From an uncultured Gammaproteobacteria bacterium (lineage in GTDB: Bacteria; Patescibacteriota; Patescibacteriia; JACPHY01): a stretch of 64,000 nt of DNA. The notes below the pieces were generated by a model. It saw only the letters and a list, made by a program, of their open reading frames with translations. It searched no databases and had not been told where the DNA came from. The translations under genes and the position numbers were made by a program. The stretch is taken from NCBI GenBank assembly GCA_964585225.1, contig CAZPCZ010000001.1, positions 6,018-70,017 on the forward strand. Reading direction: 5' to 3'. Shown one piece after another: positions 47,451 to 57,126 of this stretch (position 1 is the stretch's first letter; each line of letters opens with the position of its first letter).

Positions 47451-49204
47451 ATGGAGTGGAATTTCGATGCCGTGTTCCCGGCGAGCACATCGAATGTTCC
47501 CTCCTCGACGACACGCCCCCCGTCAATGACGTACACGTAGTCAGCACGCCGGATGGTGGAGAGGCGATGGGCGATGAGCACGATCGTCCGCTTCCCCGAG
47601 AGTCGCTCAATGTGCTGTCGGATGATCTCCTCGGATTCGGAATCGAGCGCGCTTGTCGCCTCGTCGAAAATGAGAATCTGCGGATCGCGAAACAGCTCCC
47701 GCGCAATCGCGATGCGCTGGCGCTGGCCGACGGAGAGCGCGATACCGCGATCACCAACTGGCTCGGAAAATTGTCCGGGGAGCCGATCAATGAAATCGCA
47801 CGACGCGTCGCGCGCGCGCCGACGGAGATCAGTGTCATTCGTCGCCGACCAGAACGCAATGTTCTGTGCAACCGTATCGTTGAACATGACGATCTCCTGC
47901 GCGACGTACCCCACCATCGCGCGGAGCGAATCGCGATCGAGCACGCGGTAGTCGGTTTCGTCAATCGCAACGCGTCCCGCGGAGGGTATGAGGACGCCGG
48001 TGAGGATATCCACGATCGTGGACTTGCCGCCACCGGAGGGGCCAACGAGCGCGACGGTCCGCCGTGCCGGGAATCGGAGCGAAACGCCCGCAAGCGCAGG
48101 ACGGTCGCCGTACGAAAAATGGACGTCCTCAAAACAAATCTCGCGCGCAACCGTCTCCACGCGCACCGCGCCGCGCGGCTCCGGATGTGCCGCTGCGGCC
48201 GTGAGCGCATCCTGCACCGTCCGGAGCGAACCGCTGCATCCCACGAACTTCTGCCAACTCGACTGGAGGACCAGAATGCGCATGAGCGTCCGGTAGAGGA
48301 GCAACGCGAGCACTGCAGTGGTGGCGAATGGATTTCCAATGAGCACGACGCTCCCGTAGAGGAGCGCGATGAGGACGAGGATGGCGAACGGCTCCGGCAG
48401 CGCCGCCATCGTCGCACCGACGACACCCATTCGGTACTGCGAATGCGTCATCCGTTCGATGATCGTCCGAAGTCGTTGCTCCATCATTGGAAATCGCGCC
48501 GTCGCTTTCAGGTACTTGAAGTGTTGGAGGAATTCGATGAGCTGATCCTGAAATCGGACATTTTCTCCCGAGAATTGGATCGAGTGCACACCCGCGAGAC
48601 CAACCCAATGTCGGAGGCCGACCATCGCAGCGATTCCGAATACCACCGCGATGCCGGTAATGCGTGGGTCGAGGAGAAATGAACCGGCGAGGTACACCGC
48701 AATGTACACGATGCTCACGAGGAGGAGACAGGCGTACGAGAATGCGCTCAAGAACGTCCAGAGCTCCCGCGTGAGCACGTTCGTGAGCGATCCGGTCGTC
48801 GTCTGTAAGTAGAACTCGCGGTATTCCGACGACGTCCACCCGTGCATAAGGCGTCTCGCGAGCGAACGGTAGAGATCCCGCGTGATCCGTTGAATCGCAA
48901 TCTGCTGGAGGACCGTGACCGAGAATTTCACGAGGAACACCACGGCGATCACGATGAGGAGTCGCGGGAGTGTTGTGAGTCGCAATGCGGTGAGCATCCC
49001 TCCGAACACCGACGGTGCGTGCCCAGCACCGCCCATTCCAACCGTGAGTTGCTCAAGCACGGGAAGGAACAATATGATCCCTACACCCTCGAAGAGGCCC
49101 GCGACGAGCATGAGCGGCGGGAGGAGCAGGATCCTCCCCCTCGCGAGGCGCGCGAAGGTGCGTACGGACGTACGCAGGATGGCGAAGGGAGTATCGGTAG
49201 TCAT
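47420..49204 (-). CDS. ABC transporter permease/ATPase (PglK/HepA/MsbA-type glycolipid flippase)
   Basis: TM domain plus GPSGGGKS, LSVGQRQR, IFDEATSALD, IAHRLSTI. Confidence 0.92.
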   Translation of the reverse strand: MTTDTPFAILRTSVRTFARLARGRILLLPPLMLVAGLFEGVGIILFLPVLEQLTVGMGGAGHAPSVFGGMLTALRLTTLPRLLIVIAVVFLVKFSVTVLQQIAIQRITRDLYRSLARRLMHGWTSSEYREFYLQTTTGSLTNVLTRELWTFLSAFSYACLLLVSIVYIAVYLAGSFLLDPRITGIAVVFGIAAMVGLRHWVGLAGVHSIQFSGENVRFQDQLIEFLQHFKYLKATARFPMMEQRLRTIIERMTHSQYRMGVVGATMAALPEPFAILVLIALLYGSVVLIGNPFATTAVLALLLYRTLMRILVLQSSWQKFVGCSGSLRTVQDALTAAAAHPEPRGAVRVETVAREICFEDVHFSYGDRPALAGVSLRFPARRTVALVGPSGGGKSTIVDILTGVLIPSAGRVAIDETDYRVLDRDSLRAMVGYVAQEIVMFNDTVAQNIAFWSATNDTDLRRRARDASCDFIDRLPGQFSEPVGDRGIALSVGQRQRIAIARELFRDPQILIFDEATSALDSESEEIIRQHIERLSGKRTIVLIAHRLSTIRRADYVYVIDGGRVVEEGTFDVLAGNTASKFHSMCALQTLSTQ

Positions 49205-50799
49205 GCGTGGACACGGGTGAAGGAAGGCGCAGCCGCTGCCGGCACGCCGTCGCCCGATGGGTGCTCCACTCGCAGGGAGTCGATGAGCGTGCGGTAGCAC
49301 ACCTCCACCTCCCGCGCGGTCGCGGGCACGCGCTGCTTCGATGCGTAATCGCTCCACGAGAAATCGAATCCCGTCTGCTTCAATGCTGCGAGGAATCGGC
49401 GCCCATCACGCTGACGCTGTTCGCGTGCAACGGCGGTGTCGCCCGCGCAGAGTCGCGCGAGGAGTGGACGAAGTTCTAACCATGACCGGACGACGTGCAC
49501 GTGGGGGAGGAAGTTGTACAGGTTATGGAGACCAAATGAAATGACCGGTACGCCGAGTACGGCGGATTCGAGACCGAGCGTCCCCGTGATCACCGCGACC
49601 GCGCGTGCGCCGCGCGCCGTGTCGAGCGCGTACGCGTACGGCGAGAGCATGACGACGTTCGGGATGTCGAGGAGCGTCGCGTAGAAGTCGCGCGGGCGCC
49701 GGCCAACCGCAGCGAGGTGCTCCTTCACCACGAGCCGCACGCCCGCGGGGAGGTTCTTCGCGAGGAGCTCCACACACGCGAGCTGCTCGTTCATCTCCGG
49801 CGCCACCATGCCCATGGAGGACTCCGGCTCGACGTGGAGCGGGAAGAAGACGTACGGCTGCCGCTCGAGTTCGCGAGCATCCGCGAGCGGGAGCTGTGCC
49901 AGCTGCCGGAGATCGGCACGCGTACGGGCGAGGGACCGGAGCTGCTCCGTGAGTCGGTAGTTCCCCATCGTCACCACGCTCCGCGCGCGACGCGCCGCCA
50001 TCTGCCGGATCTGTTGGAAGGACTTCTGGAGGAACACTGGGAACGATATTTGTCGCGCAAACGTCCGGTAGTACGCGTCCGTGAACGGAAGGCGACGCAT
50101 CGCGGCGAGCTCTGCATCAGGAACGATTACCTTTGCTTCAGCGTCAGTGAGCGCAGCGTAGCGGTTCTGCACCGCTGGTACCGAATAGTACTCATCGATG
50201 CACCACGCATGGTACGCCTGGTAGTACAGGAGGAGGAGCGCGCGCATCGGGATCTTCCGATGCTGTGCGATGACCGAGCAGAGCTTGCCGAGGATGCCGC
50301 TCGTGTTCCCGATGACGAGTGACGGCTGCACGCGGTCGAAGTACTCCTCCCAGAACCGCACGACGCCATTGAAGAGGTGGACGGATTTCGCGTACGTCGC
50401 CTGGTCACTGAGATGAGACCGCGGATGCCCTGGCCCAGCAGCGGCGAATCCGCGGCCGAGGTGACGATCCGTCTGGAGCACATCGACGACGTACGTCCCG
50501 TAGTGCTCCTCGTACGCGCGTGCGATCGCGAATACCTGCACGTCATTCGGTGGTGTTCCGTACTCGCGGAAGAAGTGATTGGTGGTCGTGAATGAATCGA
50601 CCACCGCATCTCCACCCTGCCGCTTCCAGAACGCAACGCTCGAGTCATTCGTCGTCACGAAATGAATCGCCGCCCCATGGCGACGCTTGAGCTCCCGCGC
50701 GAGCGGTATCCAGAGCCACAGGTGGTTCGTGTACCCCCAGATGACGACGCTCCGCAGTTGTTCACCCCTTCCACTCCTCACGGAGGATGCCGTACTCAT
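49201..50799 (-). CDS. Capsule_synth (KpsS/LipB-like) protein, candidate CMP-ulosonate transferase
   Basis: FFPLHVEPES, VVKEH, ITGTLGLES..LG.PVI.FG; start uncertain. Confidence 0.75.
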   Translation of the reverse strand: MSTASSVRSGRGEQLRSVVIWGYTNHLWLWIPLARELKRRHGAAIHFVTTNDSSVAFWKRQGGDAVVDSFTTTNHFFREYGTPPNDVQVFAIARAYEEHYGTYVVDVLQTDRHLGRGFAAAGPGHPRSHLSDQATYAKSVHLFNGVVRFWEEYFDRVQPSLVIGNTSGILGKLCSVIAQHRKIPMRALLLLYYQAYHAWCIDEYYSVPAVQNRYAALTDAEAKVIVPDAELAAMRRLPFTDAYYRTFARQISFPVFLQKSFQQIRQMAARRARSVVTMGNYRLTEQLRSLARTRADLRQLAQLPLADARELERQPYVFFPLHVEPESSMGMVAPEMNEQLACVELLAKNLPAGVRLVVKEHLAAVGRRPRDFYATLLDIPNVVMLSPYAYALDTARGARAVAVITGTLGLESAVLGVPVISFGLHNLYNFLPHVHVVRSWLELRPLLARLCAGDTAVAREQRQRDGRRFLAALKQTGFDFSWSDYASKQRVPATAREVEVCYRTLIDSLRVEHPSGDGVPAAAAPSFTRVHA

Positions 50800-51394
50800 A
50801 CATATCCACGTACTTCCCAAGCTTGTACATTGCCTTCCGCCGCACCCCCTCACGCTGCATCCCGAGCTTTCCCGCGAGCTTCTGCATCGCGATGTTCTCA
50901 GCGGATGTCCCGCAGTAGATACGGACGAGATTCAGTCGCTCGAAGGCGTACGCAATGACGAGCTGCCCGGCCTCGAACCCGAACCCCTTCCCTCCGTGCT
51001 CGTGCCCAATGATGAACGCGATCTCCACGCTCCGCGCAATCCAATCAATCGCTTGGAGCGAAACGTTCCCCACGTGACGGTCGCTCTCCCGCTCAACGAT
51101 CGCGAAGATGACGAGGTCGCCGCCCGCTTGTGCGCGCTCGAGGTACTCGCGCATCCGACGTTCCGTATTTGGGAACATCGCATGGGAGTTGTACCGACAC
51201 GTCTCCGGGTCATTGAACCACTGGAAGTACGAACCCGCGAGGTCACGCTCCTCAAGCCCGCGGAGGTAGATGCACTCACCAATGAGGAACGGGCGGTGCA
51301 TCGGGCGCGCATCGCTCCCCGAGACCGCCACCGCAGCCTGGGACGCACCGCCGTGCGGAGGAGTGAAAGGCATACGCAGGTTCACGCGCGTCAT
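50762..51394 (-). CDS. GNAT N-acyltransferase (RimJ/RimL fold, PseH-like)
   Basis: HVGNVSL..ID, GKGFG, NIAM..LA.KLG...EG; start is either 51394 (ATGA overlap) or 51301. Confidence 0.88.
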   Translation of the reverse strand: MTRVNLRMPFTPPHGGASQAAVAVSGSDARPMHRPFLIGECIYLRGLEERDLAGSYFQWFNDPETCRYNSHAMFPNTERRMREYLERAQAGGDLVIFAIVERESDRHVGNVSLQAIDWIARSVEIAFIIGHEHGGKGFGFEAGQLVIAYAFERLNLVRIYCGTSAENIAMQKLAGKLGMQREGVRRKAMYKLGKYVDMYEYGILREEWKG

Positions 51395-52719
51395 TGCTCA
51401 AACGCCATCGCTTGCACCGCAAGCGCGGTGCGGTGCTCCCACACCTTCTCGAACGCCGCAACGATATCATCGAGGTCGGCACGCGACAACCCCGGATGCA
51501 TGAGCTCACTGATGAAGAGCTCGTCACCGTAGAGGCGCTCCGCGACCGGACAGCTCTCCGGTTCATACGACGCGAGCGCACTCGGCTGTGCCAGCGTGAA
51601 GGGGTACCCGTGCCGTCCAATCGCGACGCGCTGCTGGAACATCGGCTGGAGGTAGAGGGGTTTCGTGTACCCGGGCCACATCCGCACGCCGAGATCCTCA
51701 TGGTGCTCGGTCGGTGTGAGCTCGGCAACCACCGCGGCGAGGAATGTGTCGCGCGGACACCCCGCGATGTCGCTCCGGAACCGAAACGCGTGCTCGTAGA
51801 ACACATGCGTTGCGCTGGGGCGCACGCGCGGCGGCGTGAGCGCGGGGATGCGCCCGAGGCGCTCCGCGAGGTACGCGCAGTTCCGGAGACGCTCCGCCAC
51901 GAACCCATCCAGCTTCCGAAGCTGGCACCGACTGATCGCCGCCTCGACTTCGGTCATGCGGATGTTGAATCCGACCATGTTCGTGAGGTCCGTGACGCCC
52001 TTGTCACCCACCACCGCCTCCGCATGGTTACGAATGAGCCGAACGCGATCCGCGAGCCGATCGTCGTTCGTGACCACCATGCCGCCCTCCCCCGATTGGA
52101 TGTGCTTGTGGCAATTCAGAGAGAACACGCCGATGTCGCCGAGCGTACCCGCGCACGTGCCGTCATCGCGCGCACCCGGAGCCTGGGCGGCATCCTCGAT
52201 GACCACGAGACCATTCGCACGTGCGAGCGCATTGATCGCCGTCGAATCGTATGGCTGTCCGAAGAGATCCACGACGATGATCGCTTTGGTGCGGTCAGTA
52301 ATCCGCGACTGTACCGATACAGGATCGAGACAAAAGTACTCCGACTCGACGTCCGCGAATACCGGAATGCCGCCGTAGAAGAGCGGCGCGGTCGCCGACG
52401 CGCTCATGGTGTACGGCGACACGATCACCTCGTCACCCGGGCTGATCCCCGCAGCGCCGGCTGCTGCGATGAGGCCGGATGTCGCAGAGTTCACTGCAAT
52501 CGCGTGCTTGATGTGGAAGTACGCGGCCCACTCCTCTTCGAGCGCGCGTACCTCCGGTCCGCCGTAGAATCGCGGATCCCACGAACCAAGGAAGCCGGAC
52601 AGGATGCCGCGGTCGAGCACGCGGGCAACGGCCTCCTGCTCTTCGCGCCCAATGGTGCGGTGGTCAGGGAACGGTGCTGTACGGACCCGCGGTCCGCCGT
52701 GGATTGCGAGCGTACGCAT
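51391..52719 (-). CDS. DegT/DnrJ/EryC1/StrS sugar aminotransferase
   Basis: NSATSGL, IEDAAQA, FSLNCHKHIQSGEGGM (PLP lysine). Confidence 0.95.
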   Translation of the reverse strand: MRTLAIHGGPRVRTAPFPDHRTIGREEQEAVARVLDRGILSGFLGSWDPRFYGGPEVRALEEEWAAYFHIKHAIAVNSATSGLIAAAGAAGISPGDEVIVSPYTMSASATAPLFYGGIPVFADVESEYFCLDPVSVQSRITDRTKAIIVVDLFGQPYDSTAINALARANGLVVIEDAAQAPGARDDGTCAGTLGDIGVFSLNCHKHIQSGEGGMVVTNDDRLADRVRLIRNHAEAVVGDKGVTDLTNMVGFNIRMTEVEAAISRCQLRKLDGFVAERLRNCAYLAERLGRIPALTPPRVRPSATHVFYEHAFRFRSDIAGCPRDTFLAAVVAELTPTEHHEDLGVRMWPGYTKPLYLQPMFQQRVAIGRHGYPFTLAQPSALASYEPESCPVAERLYGDELFISELMHPGLSRADLDDIVAAFEKVWEHRTALAVQAMAFEQ

Positions 52720-52729
52720 ATCGTCGTGC

Positions 52730-53758
52730 TCATCGTGACGATCGTCGGGGCAGAACGACGCGCTTCCCGTCCTTCCGCGCACTCTGCTCGAGTGCATGGA
52801 TCACCTCGAGCGCGCGGAGCGCATCCTCTCCCGTGCTGACCGGCGCATCGCGCCCCTCCAAGCAATCCACGATGTGCGGGAGCACAGGTTTCAGGAAGCT
52901 CCGCGGCGCACCGAAATGCTTGATCCGTTCGTAGTTCAATTCTCGATAACTGGAGTACTCATCGCTCGCGCGGGTGCCAATGACCTCGATGTCGAGTCCC
53001 GACTCGTGCTTCAAGTTCATCCTCCCCTTCTCGCCGAGGAAGCTGACCTCCGAGAGGCAGTACTCGCGCGAATCGAAGTACTGCAACGCCGCAGTGGCAC
53101 CATCGAATCCCAAGAGTGCGTCCACGCGGACATCGTGCGGGTCTTTCGGGAACACGGTATTGGTCACCGCGCTCACCCAGCGTACCTCACCGAGGAAGAA
53201 GCGCAGGAGATCAATGAAATGCGTGCCACCATGGTACAGCCCCTTATCGTACGATGCAATCGCCGAACGCACGGCGCCGAGGAAGGTATCGTGCACGTAC
53301 CCGCCACGGAGGTTCTCCCAGAATTTTCTGATCCACGGATCAAACCGACGGCCATGGTTTACGAAGAGGAGCACCCTGTGTTTCCGGCAATGGCGAACGG
53401 CCTCGCGGGCTTCTCGCACATTGTGCGAAATTGGTTTCTCGCAGAGGATTGCCTTCACCTTTCGCTTCGCGGCGAGCGTCACGAGCGCGCAGTGCGACTC
53501 CGGCATCGTTGCAATGATGACGATGTCCGGATGCGCCTCCTCCAGCATCTGCGCGATGTCGGAAAAGCGCGGCACATTCGGGTAGAGCCGCTTCGCACGT
53601 GCGAGCGAGCGCACATCTGTATCTGCGAACGCCGCGAGTCTCACGCGCCGGTACGACGCTGCGGCCTGCGCATGGCTCGCGGGTGGGACACGCAACGGAT
53701 CAAGCTGGGCGCCCAACCCAATCCACCCGCATCCGATGATCGCGACCTTGTACTTCAT
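52730..53758 (-). CDS. Gfo/Idh/MocA oxidoreductase
   Basis: IIGCGWIG, LCEKP, NHGRRF, GTHFID. Confidence 0.92.
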   Translation of the reverse strand: MKYKVAIIGCGWIGLGAQLDPLRVPPASHAQAAASYRRVRLAAFADTDVRSLARAKRLYPNVPRFSDIAQMLEEAHPDIVIIATMPESHCALVTLAAKRKVKAILCEKPISHNVREAREAVRHCRKHRVLLFVNHGRRFDPWIRKFWENLRGGYVHDTFLGAVRSAIASYDKGLYHGGTHFIDLLRFFLGEVRWVSAVTNTVFPKDPHDVRVDALLGFDGATAALQYFDSREYCLSEVSFLGEKGRMNLKHESGLDIEVIGTRASDEYSSYRELNYERIKHFGAPRSFLKPVLPHIVDCLEGRDAPVSTGEDALRALEVIHALEQSARKDGKRVVLPRRSSR

Positions 53759-54537
53759 GCTCTCTCTGTCGTGTACCCGACACGATTGATCTGCTGGCGC
53801 TGTGCGCGAAGAAAAATCTCCGGCTCTCGGTCGGCGAATGTGAGGAGGTCGTCGAGATCGAACCGCGGGTTCTGTGGGTGCAACCGTGCGTAGATCGCTC
53901 GCATGATGGCGAGGTCCGTCGGTGTATCGAGGAGGAGCTCGAGGTTCGGACGGTGGTACCTCGGCGGTGCGGTGTAGTGGTAGATCGAGAACGCGTTGGG
54001 GTGGTTTCGAATGAAGTAGTTCACGTGCTCGAAGTTGTTACGGTCGCTCCGGTACGGCTCCTCCTGAGCCATCGCGTACGCGCGCTGGAGCGCGGGAAAA
54101 CGGACGACCTGGACGTCAATGCCCGGTGGGAACGTATCCTCGAGGCAGTTCGAGAGGAGATCGCACCCGCGTTCGAAAAACAGCGCGATGCCAGCATCAA
54201 GGATCATCGGAGAGATGCACGAGCAGTCGCCGGTCACGAGCACGAGCACATCCGCACCCGCGAACGCCCCGGCGCCCACGACCCGCCCGAGTACGTCATC
54301 CTCGCTCCCCCGGAACGCGCGCACGCCGAACCGATCGGCGATGGCGACGATCGCACCATCGCGGGCCTCCGTGCTCGTGGCGACCACGACCTCATCAATG
54401 CGCGGGGCAGCACGTACGCGCTGAATTACCGCTCCGAGTGCCGGGAGTCCCGGCGCGAGCTCAAGCGCCATCTTCCCCGGGAGCCGCGTCGCCCCCATCC
54501 GCGCTTCAATGGTCGCCACGACCCGCTGCCGCTGCAT
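53755..54537 (-). CDS. SpsF-type cytidylyltransferase (CMP-ulosonate synthetase family)
   Basis: IEARMGATRLPGK, FRGSEDDVL.R, TGDC, EHV, LDTPTD. Confidence 0.9.
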   Translation of the reverse strand: MQRQRVVATIEARMGATRLPGKMALELAPGLPALGAVIQRVRAAPRIDEVVVATSTEARDGAIVAIADRFGVRAFRGSEDDVLGRVVGAGAFAGADVLVLVTGDCSCISPMILDAGIALFFERGCDLLSNCLEDTFPPGIDVQVVRFPALQRAYAMAQEEPYRSDRNNFEHVNYFIRNHPNAFSIYHYTAPPRYHRPNLELLLDTPTDLAIMRAIYARLHPQNPRFDLDDLLTFADREPEIFLRAQRQQINRVGYTTERA

Positions 54538-56362
54538 ACTCCCGCACGTGCTCCTCGAGGAACATCCGCGCATTGATGACGTTGAATAGGAACTTGCTCG
54601 TGCTGTTCGGCAACGGCTGTGCATCGAGGAGCTCCGCGACCGCGTGGCGGTCAACGTAGTCGAAAATGCTGCCGGGACCGAGGATGCGTTCGCGGACCGT
54701 ACGATCGCGAAGGTCCACGAGTGACGTGAGTGAGGCGTTGAACCCCTTCTTCCGACGGTCCAAGCGCACACGCTCATTCAGTGTACCGCGCATCGCCTCG
54801 CGAAGCCCGTACTTTCCGTATCCGTCCCGAATGAGATGTTCGCTCGGAATCGAGTACGCGAAGTCGCACAACCGCGAATCCAGGTATGGGCTCCGGTTCT
54901 CAATCGAGTAGTACATGGAGTTCAAATCGTCCTCGTGGAGGATCACTGGAATCACCTCGTGGAACAGCTCGTTGAGCATGCGATTCCGGAGAAGCGACGC
55001 GCAGAATGTGTGCTCGGTGAACTGCTCGCGGAAGTCCACGGTCAGGTACTGTGCGAATCGGTCACGTTCGTCGTAGACGTGATCTCGAAAATTCGGATTC
55101 GCGGTATAGAGGTTGGGATTCTGTAAGAGTGGATTGCGCACCATCGGTACGACGTGCGCGGCGAAGGCACTGCGGGCGTTGGCGTACTCCGAATGATGGC
55201 GCATCTCGTAGAGGTGGAGCAGGAAGTGATCGTAGTACCCCGTCACCAATTCGTCCGCTCCAGTTCCGGAGATCGCGACGCGGTAGCCGGCGCGTGCAAT
55301 GGCCTCGGAGAGGTACGAGTGGACGAAGTAGGAAATCGTCGCGACCGGTGCATCATGGTAGCGGATGAGCTGTTCGAGGCGTTCAAAGAACCCCGGCTGC
55401 GGGAACGGGATAGCGGTGTGCTGGCAGTGCACATCGTCCACCGTCGCACGGATGTTCTCCTCCTCATTGTAGCGCTCGTCGCGATCAATGACCGAGAACG
55501 TCGCGACGTGGTACCCAAACTCCTTCGCGGCGATGGAGACGAGCGATGCCGAGTCCACGCCACCGCTCAGACAGAACGCGAGCGGCACGTCTGCGCGCAA
55601 GCGGATGCGCATGCTCTCGATGAGGCGCGTACGAAATCCCTCCACCACATCCGCGAACGTCATGTCCTGCGGCGCGACCGGTGGGCTCCAGTACCGGTAT
55701 GAACGAACCGTCCCGTCCGCACGCACGATCACGTTCGTCGCGTACGGAACCTCCCGGACACCAAGGAAGAACGTATCGCTCCCCTTGTGGAGCGATTTGT
55801 ACCCATTCACGAGGTACCGGAGCAGATGCTGCGTGTTCACGCCAAGCGATTGGCCGGAGAGCGCCGCGAGGAACTTGATTTCGGAGCCGAAGGTAATGCC
55901 ATCTGTGGTCTCCAGGAGGTAGAGCGGCTTCTCGCCGAACCGATCGCGGGAAAGGAACACAGTCTGCGACCACGCATCGTGGATCGCGAACGCCCACATG
56001 CCCTCGAAATCGTTCACGCATGCCTCACCGTGCGCGAGGTACGACTGGAGGAGCACCTCGGTGTCTGAGGTTGTACGAAACGTCACCCCACGCTCCTCGA
56101 GACGTTTTCGGAGTTCCACGTAGTTGTAGATCTCCCCATTGAACACGATCGTGCGCCCGTCGATCGTCATCGGCTGGTGGGAACGCGGATCGAGATCAAT
56201 GATGCTCAACCGCGAGTGGAGGAGCACGCCAGAGCGATCGCCGATCCGAACGCGAAGGAATCGCTGCGCATCCGGACCGCGACGCTCCATGAGGCGGAGC
56301 GTCGCTGCGATCCGTTCCTCATCCGGTGGTCGTGTGCCGACGTAGCCAGCGATTCCGCACAT
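54506..56362 (-). CDS. asnB: AsnB-type glutamine amidotransferase #2
   Basis: MCGIAG, RGPD, RLSIIDL, FNGEIYNY, LSGGVDS, SGTGADE, ENRSPYLD. Confidence 0.93.
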   Translation of the reverse strand: MCGIAGYVGTRPPDEERIAATLRLMERRGPDAQRFLRVRIGDRSGVLLHSRLSIIDLDPRSHQPMTIDGRTIVFNGEIYNYVELRKRLEERGVTFRTTSDTEVLLQSYLAHGEACVNDFEGMWAFAIHDAWSQTVFLSRDRFGEKPLYLLETTDGITFGSEIKFLAALSGQSLGVNTQHLLRYLVNGYKSLHKGSDTFFLGVREVPYATNVIVRADGTVRSYRYWSPPVAPQDMTFADVVEGFRTRLIESMRIRLRADVPLAFCLSGGVDSASLVSIAAKEFGYHVATFSVIDRDERYNEEENIRATVDDVHCQHTAIPFPQPGFFERLEQLIRYHDAPVATISYFVHSYLSEAIARAGYRVAISGTGADELVTGYYDHFLLHLYEMRHHSEYANARSAFAAHVVPMVRNPLLQNPNLYTANPNFRDHVYDERDRFAQYLTVDFREQFTEHTFCASLLRNRMLNELFHEVIPVILHEDDLNSMYYSIENRSPYLDSRLCDFAYSIPSEHLIRDGYGKYGLREAMRGTLNERVRLDRRKKGFNASLTSLVDLRDRTVRERILGPGSIFDYVDRHAVAELLDAQPLPNSTSKFLFNVINARMFLEEHVREYAAAAGRGDH

Positions 56363-56376
56363 ACTGCTCGCTTCAC

Positions 56377-57126
56377 TCAGAGCACGGCAACGTGCGGCGC
56401 TCGGTGCTCCTGCTCCGCAAGTGTCTCCGTGTGCTGCGCGAATCGCTCGATGCATACCGCTTTCAGCACCACGGGCATAGCCGAGTAGTACCGTCCGCGC
56501 GTCCGCTGCGGACGGTCAAGGAATCTCCCGTCGCGCGCGCGTCGGTCGAGCGCTGCGAGCGTGAGCGCGGCGCAGGTCTCCGCGTTCGCGGCGCGGAGCT
56601 CGTGGAGCGGCATCCCGCGCCGGAGCGGTACCGCTGCCTGCACAATGATCGTCCCGTCATCGAAACGTTCGTTCACGCGGTGGAGCGTCGCGATGAGCGC
56701 GATGAAGTCGCGGTGGTAGATCGCCCAGAGGTGCGTGTCGAGCCCGCGGTACTGCTCCGGATCGCCGCCGTGGAGGTTCACGAACCCCGTCGGGCAGCGC
56801 GCAATGGTCGGAGCGGCAATCTTCCCGGTCCCGAAGCTCACGACGACGTCCGGGCGCACGGCGTCGAGCACCGCGAGCGCCTCCGCGTCGTTCACGGACT
56901 CTACGGATGTCGTCGGAGCGAACTCCGCAACGGAGGGCTCCGCGCCGCCGAACCACCGGGCGCACTCGTGCGCATCCCGCGCACCTTCGTACGGGTGGTG
57001 GGTGGGGAACGGGAACGTCGCGCGTCGCCGTTCGGAGAGGACGCGGGCGCCCGGGTACGCTCGCGCGATCTCCCGAACGAAGTACGCGTGGTGCGGCGTC
57101 TCGGTGGTGAGGATGACGACGGTCAT
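56377..57126 (-). CDS. sugar N-formyltransferase #2 (single domain)
   Basis: NLHGGDPEQYRG, TLH, FDDG. Confidence 0.85.
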   Translation of the reverse strand: MTVVILTTETPHHAYFVREIARAYPGARVLSERRRATFPFPTHHPYEGARDAHECARWFGGAEPSVAEFAPTTSVESVNDAEALAVLDAVRPDVVVSFGTGKIAAPTIARCPTGFVNLHGGDPEQYRGLDTHLWAIYHRDFIALIATLHRVNERFDDGTIIVQAAVPLRRGMPLHELRAANAETCAALTLAALDRRARDGRFLDRPQRTRGRYYSAMPVVLKAVCIERFAQHTETLAEQEHRAPHVAVL

